Of a stretch of DNA of 64,000 nucleotides, positions 58,804 to 64,000 are shown piece after piece (the stretch's first letter is position 1; the number at the start of each line of letters is the position of its first letter). The stretch comes from Alphaproteobacteria bacterium (GTDB taxonomy: Bacteria; Pseudomonadota; Alphaproteobacteria; JBKEAR01): positions 4,540 to 68,539 of the forward strand of contig JBKEBO010000065.1 of NCBI GenBank assembly GCA_047973205.1. The letters are read 5' to 3'. The notes below the pieces were generated by a model, which was not told the origin of the DNA, made no database searches, and was given only the letters and a program-made list of their open reading frames with translations. A program made the translations under genes and the position numbers.

Positions 58804-59826
58804 ATGTGTAAATTATTACTATCGTTAACAGTTTTAGGTGCATTAAGTACAGTAACGGCTTTAGCCGATGGTGAGGTGAATATCTATACCCTAAGACAAG
58901 ATAATCTTTTACAGCCTATTTTAGATGAGTTCACCAAAGAAACAGGCATTAAGGTTAATGCGACTTGGGTGCAAGATGGTATTTTAGCTCGCTTACAGGC
59001 GGAAGGTGATAAAAGCCCTGCAGATGCAGTGATTACTGTAGATGTTTCTCGCTTAAGTGAGATTGCCAATGCGGACTTATTTCAAAGTATCAATAATGAG
59101 GTTGTGAATAGTAAAGTGGATGCTCACTTGCGTAATCCTGATGGGCTATGGTTTGGCTTAACAAAACGCTCCCGTGTGATTATTTCTTCTAAGGATAGAG
59201 TTGCCAAAGCTGATATGCCGAAAACCTATGAGGATTTAGCAGACCCTAAATGGAAGATGAAAGTTTGTACGCGTTCAGGCAAGCATGTTTATAATATTGG
59301 GGTTATTGCTTCGATGATACATGTTCATGGTGAGGAATATACAAAAGATTGGCTCAAAGCTTTAAAGGCAAATCGTGGACGCAAGCCTTCGGGTAACGAT
59401 ATTACTCAAGCCCGTTCTGTTTATGAGGGTGTGTGTGATCTTGCTTTAGTCAATAGCTACTATTTAGGTGAAATGGCAACCAATGAAGAAGAGGTTGAGC
59501 AAAAAGATTGGTATAATTCGGTTAATGTGATTTTTCCAAACCAAGATGACCGTGGGGCTCAGATTAATATCTCGGGTATGGGGATTTTAAAAACAGCAAA
59601 AAATAAAGAAAATGCTGAAAAACTTTTAGAATTTATGCTCAGTGATGTTGCTCAAAAAGATTATGCCGCTTTAAATTATGAATTCCCTGTGGTTGAGGGG
59701 ATTGAGCCTGCAGAGTTAGTGCAATCGTGGGGGGCATTTAAAGAAGATACAATGCCGCTTCAAATTATTGCTGATAATGCAGCTAAAGCTTCACAGCTTG
59801 TTGATGAAGTCCGCTTTGACTTCTAA
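58804..59826 (+). CDS. fbpA: Fe(3+) ABC transporter substrate-binding protein (FbpA/AfuA family), copy 1
   Basis: Signal peptide. GEVNIYTLRQ...GIKVN...SPADAVITVD...WFGLT...RSGKHVYN matches the FbpA/AfuA pattern closely. The track ORF starts at 58795. Confidence 0.85.
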   Translation: MCKLLLSLTVLGALSTVTALADGEVNIYTLRQDNLLQPILDEFTKETGIKVNATWVQDGILARLQAEGDKSPADAVITVDVSRLSEIANADLFQSINNEVVNSKVDAHLRNPDGLWFGLTKRSRVIISSKDRVAKADMPKTYEDLADPKWKMKVCTRSGKHVYNIGVIASMIHVHGEEYTKDWLKALKANRGRKPSGNDITQARSVYEGVCDLALVNSYYLGEMATNEEEVEQKDWYNSVNVIFPNQDDRGAQINISGMGILKTAKNKENAEKLLEFMLSDVAQKDYAALNYEFPVVEGIEPAELVQSWGAFKEDTMPLQIIADNAAKASQLVDEVRFDF

Positions 59827-59902
59827 TAGCTTATAAAGTAGAGAGAATAGAGATTTGTTAACCTGAAGTTCTTAAATTAAATACGACAAAAAGGAAAACA
59901 TT

Positions 59903-60925
59903 ATGCGTAAATTACTATTATCATTATCTACTATGGGTGCTTTAAGTGGTGCTATGGCTTTTGCTGAGGGTGAGGTTAATATTTATACCTTGCGTCAGCC
60001 TGAGCTATTACAGCCTATTTTAGACAGCTTTACAAAGGATACAGGCATTAAAGTTAATGCGACTTGGGTACAAGATGGTATTTTGGCTCGCCTTCAGGCC
60101 GAAGGTGATAAAAGCCCTGCTGATGCCGTTATAACTGTAGATATTTCTCGCTTAAGTGAAATTGCTAAAGCAGGCTTGTTTCAAAGTATCGATAATGACA
60201 ATGTGAATAGCAAAGTTGATGCTCACTTGCGTAATCCAGATGGTTTATGGTTTGGGCTTACAAAGAGAGACCGTGTTATTGTTGGCTCTAAAGAACGTAT
60301 TGTCAAAGAGGATATGCCAAAAAGCTATGAGGATTTAGCTGACCCTAAATGGAAAGGTGAGGTTTGTATCCGTTCGGGTAAACATGTTTATAATATTGGG
60401 GTTATTTCTTCAATGATAGCTGCCCATGGTGAAGAGGGGGCTAAACAGTGGTTAACATCTGTAAAAGATAACCTTGCCCGCAAACCAACAGGTAACGATA
60501 GGGCTCAAGCTCGTGCGATTTATGAAGATGCATGTGATATTGCTCTTATTAATAGTTACTATTTAGGTAAGATGGCAACTAATGATAAAGAGGTTGAGCA
60601 AAAAGACTGGTATAATGCTCTTAATATCGTTTTTCCGAACCAAGATGATCGTGGGGCTCATGTAAATATCTCAGGTATGGGTATTTTAAAATCAGCTAAA
60701 AATAAAGACAATGCGGTAAAATTTTTAGAGTTTATGCTGAGTGATGATGCTCAAAAATATTATGCGGCACTAAATTATGAATTCCCTGTAGTCAAAAATG
60801 TAGAAGCTGATGAGCTTGTGCAATCTTGGGGCTCATTTAAGGAAGATACAGTATCATTACAAACAATTGCAGATAATGCAGCAAAAGCCTCGCAGCTTGT
60901 TGATGAAACTCGCTTTGATTTCTAA
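59903..60925 (+). CDS. fbpA: Fe(3+) ABC transporter substrate-binding protein (FbpA/AfuA family), copy 2
   Basis: About 80% identical to copy 1 at the protein level, with long identical DNA stretches. It is a tandem paralog. Confidence 0.85.
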   Translation: MRKLLLSLSTMGALSGAMAFAEGEVNIYTLRQPELLQPILDSFTKDTGIKVNATWVQDGILARLQAEGDKSPADAVITVDISRLSEIAKAGLFQSIDNDNVNSKVDAHLRNPDGLWFGLTKRDRVIVGSKERIVKEDMPKSYEDLADPKWKGEVCIRSGKHVYNIGVISSMIAAHGEEGAKQWLTSVKDNLARKPTGNDRAQARAIYEDACDIALINSYYLGKMATNDKEVEQKDWYNALNIVFPNQDDRGAHVNISGMGILKSAKNKDNAVKFLEFMLSDDAQKYYAALNYEFPVVKNVEADELVQSWGSFKEDTVSLQTIADNAAKASQLVDETRFDF

Positions 60926-62568
60926 TGAGTAAGTCAGCTAAACATTTAAGAATACACAAAAAATACGATGGTTGGGTTATACTGGCCATCGTATTAACGC
61001 TTTTTGTTACCTTACCAATTATCGCTCTTTTTTTTAAGGCATTTACGGCAGATCAAACCATATTTAAAGGTTGGGCAAAGTCGGGTATTCTTTGGGATTA
61101 TACATGGCGGACGATTGTTTTGATGTTTAGTGTAGGAGGGCTTGCTGCTATTATTGGTGTGGCAATGGCGTGGGTAGTCGCTTATTGCCGTTTTCCCTTA
61201 AAAAAATATTTGGATTTTTTAACACTTTTTCCTTTTGTTATGCCTGCATGGATTGCGGCATGGTGCTGGAAAGATATTTTAGATTATGCAGGCCCTTGGC
61301 ATAAAATGATAAAATGGCTTGCAAGTTTAGGATTACCACTTGAGCCAAATAAATGGATAATCCCCATTAATAATCTTGCAGGAGCATCATTTATTTTAGC
61401 ATTTTCGGCTTTTCCTTATGTGTATTTATTATGCCGTACTGCTTTTAAACAGCAATCAGCAAGCTTATTTGAGTCTGCACGCTCTTTACATGCAACACCG
61501 TTTCAGGCTTTTTATCGAGTATCGCTTCCTTTAGTTCGTCCTGCACTCGCTGCAGGGATATTGGTTGTGATGATGGAAGTTCTTAATGACTTTGGTACAG
61601 TAAAATATTTTGGTATTCCTGTTTTATCCTTAGGTATTGAAGATGCTTGGATTAACCGCTCATCTCCAGGGGCAGCAGCAGCACTCTCTATGTTTGCTTT
61701 GTTGATAGCCCTTATTTTGGTGAGTGGGGAGCAGCTTTCTCGAGCACGCATTCGTAACTTTGCTCAAAATGAAAGCTATCGTGAGGTTGAGGCTTATCAT
61801 TTCTCGGGGCTAAAAGGATGGCTGGTGAGCTTTTTGTTCTTTTTGCCTATTTTTATTGGCTTTATTGTTCCATTTATTGTGGTTTTTAAGGCAACCTTGC
61901 GGCGTATTGGTAAAAATTATGACTGGAGCCGTATTATAGAGGCAACATTCACATCGATTAGCCTTGCTTTTTTAGCTTCAATCTTTGCAGTAATTATTGC
62001 TTGCCTTCTTGTTTGGGCTGCAAAGAATTCTCAAACAAAATCTATTCGTCTGTGGGTCAGATTATCCAGCCTTGGTTATGCGATACCAGGGATGGTTTTG
62101 GCTACAGGCATATTAATGCCTGCAGGTATTATCGATAAATTTTTGCCTTTTGGAATTACAATTGTTGGCTCATCAGCACTTTTAATTTATGGTTGGGTGG
62201 CTCGTTATTTATCTTTGGCTATTGGTAATATGGATGCAGGTTTTAGCCGTGTACGTTCTTCTATGGTGGATTCAGGACGCTCCTTAGGTTTTAATCCGTT
62301 AAGCATCTTATTTAGGATATATATACCTTTGCTAAGAAGTTTTATGCTGACAGCAGGGATTATGGTTTTTATTGATAGCCTAAAAGAATTACCCATAGCT
62401 CTTTTGGCTCGTCCGTTTAATATGGAGCTGCTTTCTCTTTATGTGTGGCAATATGGCTCTATGGAACAACTAGAAGAAGCCGCACCAGGCTCGCTTATTC
62501 TTATTGTAGCAGGAATTATTCCTATTTTAATTTTATGGCGGCGTTTAAGCCGTGTTCAGCCTAAGTAG
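60925..62568 (+). CDS. fbpB: Fe(3+) ABC transporter permease (two fused TM domains)
   Basis: 547-aa polytopic protein with two ABC TM permease units. The start overlaps the fbpA2 stop. Confidence 0.85.
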   Translation: MSKSAKHLRIHKKYDGWVILAIVLTLFVTLPIIALFFKAFTADQTIFKGWAKSGILWDYTWRTIVLMFSVGGLAAIIGVAMAWVVAYCRFPLKKYLDFLTLFPFVMPAWIAAWCWKDILDYAGPWHKMIKWLASLGLPLEPNKWIIPINNLAGASFILAFSAFPYVYLLCRTAFKQQSASLFESARSLHATPFQAFYRVSLPLVRPALAAGILVVMMEVLNDFGTVKYFGIPVLSLGIEDAWINRSSPGAAAALSMFALLIALILVSGEQLSRARIRNFAQNESYREVEAYHFSGLKGWLVSFLFFLPIFIGFIVPFIVVFKATLRRIGKNYDWSRIIEATFTSISLAFLASIFAVIIACLLVWAAKNSQTKSIRLWVRLSSLGYAIPGMVLATGILMPAGIIDKFLPFGITIVGSSALLIYGWVARYLSLAIGNMDAGFSRVRSSMVDSGRSLGFNPLSILFRIYIPLLRSFMLTAGIMVFIDSLKELPIALLARPFNMELLSLYVWQYGSMEQLEEAAPGSLILIVAGIIPILILWRRLSRVQPK

Positions 62569-62595
62569 AGGTTATTACCAAATAGAGGTTATTGA

Positions 62596-63630
62596 ATGTC
62601 GGAACTTATTATTAAAAATCTTACCCATAGCTATGAAGATATATCTGTTCTTCATGATATTAATTTTACGGCTCCCTCAGGCTCTATTACTTGTGTTTTA
62701 GGAGCTTCGGGAAGCGGCAAAACAACATTACTCCGCCTTGTTGGAGGCTTTGAATGCTTGCAGCAGGGCAAAATTATGGTAGATAATCATATGGTTGCTT
62801 CAAGTGATGATGATGTTTTTGTTACCCCAGAAAAACGTAAATTTGGAATGATGTTTCAAGATTATGCCTTATTTCCTCATATGAGCGTTAAGCAAAATCT
62901 TCTTTTTGGTTTGAATAAAAATAATCATGAGCGTATTGCATGGGTTATGGATGCGGCAGAACGTTTAGGCTTAAAGAAGTTGTTAAATAAACATCCTTAC
63001 GAGCTTTCGGGAGGAGAACAACAACGAACAGCATTGCTAAGAGCCATTGCTCCAGAACCTAAGCTGCTATTACTTGATGAGCCATTTAGTGGCTTAGACC
63101 CACATTTAAGAAGACAAACTCGTGATGAAGTTATCTCTTTTATTCGCAATGTGGGGATTACAACAATGGTGGTTACTCATGACCCTGAAGAGGCGAGTTA
63201 TATGGGAGACCAGCTTCTTATTTTAGATAATGGTATTCTTTGTCAAAAAGGAACGCCATTTGATGTTCGCAGCCAACCAAAAACTCCGATGGTTGCTCGA
63301 TTTTTTGGTGCAGTGAATGCCATGACTGTCAAGGTGAAAGAGAGTAGGGTTGCTTTGCCTGTACTCAAAGAAGAGCTAGATATTCCCAATGACTATACAA
63401 GGGTGACGTTACAATTTTATCCTGAAAATCTAAGGGTTGTGGAAGGTGATGATTTTACCCTTAAGCAACGCTTTATGGTAGAATATGGTGGTGAACGAAT
63501 GATTTTAGAGCATAATGAAACTAAGCAACGATTTATTGCCTATTGTGGCTCAGTTTGCCCTTTTAAGATAGGTGAGCAAGCAGGGCTTTCTATTGAGGCC
63601 TCGGATATTCTTATTTTTGAAGCTTCTTAA
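62596..63630 (+). CDS. fbpC: Fe(3+) ABC transporter ATP-binding protein
   Basis: Walker A GASGSGKTT, LSGGEQQR signature, C-terminal TOBE-like domain. Confidence 0.85.
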   Translation: MSELIIKNLTHSYEDISVLHDINFTAPSGSITCVLGASGSGKTTLLRLVGGFECLQQGKIMVDNHMVASSDDDVFVTPEKRKFGMMFQDYALFPHMSVKQNLLFGLNKNNHERIAWVMDAAERLGLKKLLNKHPYELSGGEQQRTALLRAIAPEPKLLLLDEPFSGLDPHLRRQTRDEVISFIRNVGITTMVVTHDPEEASYMGDQLLILDNGILCQKGTPFDVRSQPKTPMVARFFGAVNAMTVKVKESRVALPVLKEELDIPNDYTRVTLQFYPENLRVVEGDDFTLKQRFMVEYGGERMILEHNETKQRFIAYCGSVCPFKIGEQAGLSIEASDILIFEAS

Positions 63631-64000
63631 GATTGTGATGGATGATTTTCCTTAATAAATGTAACGACTTTCTCCCACTCAACAAAAAGCGGCTCTAAAT
63701 TTTGAGTGAAGTTTAATTCGTCACCATCTCGAGCCAGATACTCAACTTTTTTGGCTGCTTCACTTAAGCCTAAAAAACCAACGGATGAGCTACTACCTTT
63801 AAGACTATGTGCAGAGCGTATGGCAAGCTCACTATTGGTGATACCTTGTTGCATCTCTTTAAGATTTTTTATAAATGCTTCATTATCTTTAGGGAAGTTT
63901 TGGATAATAAAGTTAAAGCTATCTTTCCCTAAATCTTCTAAAAGCTGGTTATAAATATTCTCATCTATTTGAATGCAAAGAGAAGGGGGGAGGGTATTTA
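63627..64000 (-). CDS. Hpt (histidine phosphotransfer) domain protein, 5'-truncated by the window edge
   Basis: HSLKGSSSSVGFLGLSEAAKKVE phospho-acceptor His motif. The reading frame stays open upstream of the track ATG (63854) to the end of the window. Confidence 0.6.
   Translation of the reverse strand, partial: NTLPPSLCIQIDENIYNQLLEDLGKDSFNFIIQNFPKDNEAFIKNLKEMQQGITNSELAIRSAHSLKGSSSSVGFLGLSEAAKKVEYLARDGDELNFTQNLEPLFVEWEKVVTFIKENHPSQS

Noticed and set aside
1-64000. Search for CRISPR arrays, tRNA/rRNA genes, IS elements, integrases or prophage genes
   Set aside because: There are no regularly spaced short direct repeats and no cloverleaf-like or rRNA-like conserved stretches in the intergenic regions. 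No ORF has transposase, integrase, capsid or terminase motifs. The only repeats are the ~190-bp intergenic family and the fbpA tandem duplication.

Overview
This 64-kb window is a low-GC chromosomal core segment, about 39-40% GC as estimated from one hand-counted stretch. I attribute it to an alphaproteobacterium with Rhizobiales or Bartonella-like synteny. The conserved gene order supporting that is rplI-rpsR-rpsF divergent from fabD-fabG-acpP-fabF-mltG, then gmk, rsmA, surA, lptD, lptG, and pepA-holC. About 55 protein-coding genes are densely packed on both strands. The recognisable ones are galK-galT-galE, dCMP deaminase, rnhA, pepN, a BMP-type ABC transporter, pgm, gyrA, folD, acs, ndk, hdaA and the fab cluster. 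At the 3' end there is an imelysin, DUF1111 and fbpAABC iron-uptake operon. I see no rRNA, tRNA, CRISPR array, transposase, integrase or prophage gene. Many ORFs in the supplied track begin at TTG, so I moved several starts to internal ATG codons that have Shine-Dalgarno sequences. I found no clear new multi-gene system. The candidates for a second look are these:
- A dispersed ~190-bp intergenic repeat family with three copies. Each copy sits between convergent gene ends and has terminal inverted repeats, and the best copy has short direct-repeat flanks.
- A translationally coupled pair made of a TTG-initiated, AT-rich, secreted 164-aa protein and a cytoplasmic molybdopterin (Mo-bisPGD) oxidoreductase. 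The pair is inserted between the ABC operon and pgm.
- A TPR-containing protein with a possible DxD glycosyltransferase-like domain and a histone-like KKAPP basic tail. It lies downstream of hdaA, where I recall purine-biosynthesis genes in other Rhizobiales.
- An iron locus with a dyad operator candidate, a recently tandem-duplicated fbpA, and a DUF1111 tri-haem protein carrying an RGG/Lys-rich insertion.
- Small synteny anomalies: no lptF or pdxA at the expected positions, and a Sua5 gene next to lptG.

Everything here is read by eye from the sequence. No database search was run.
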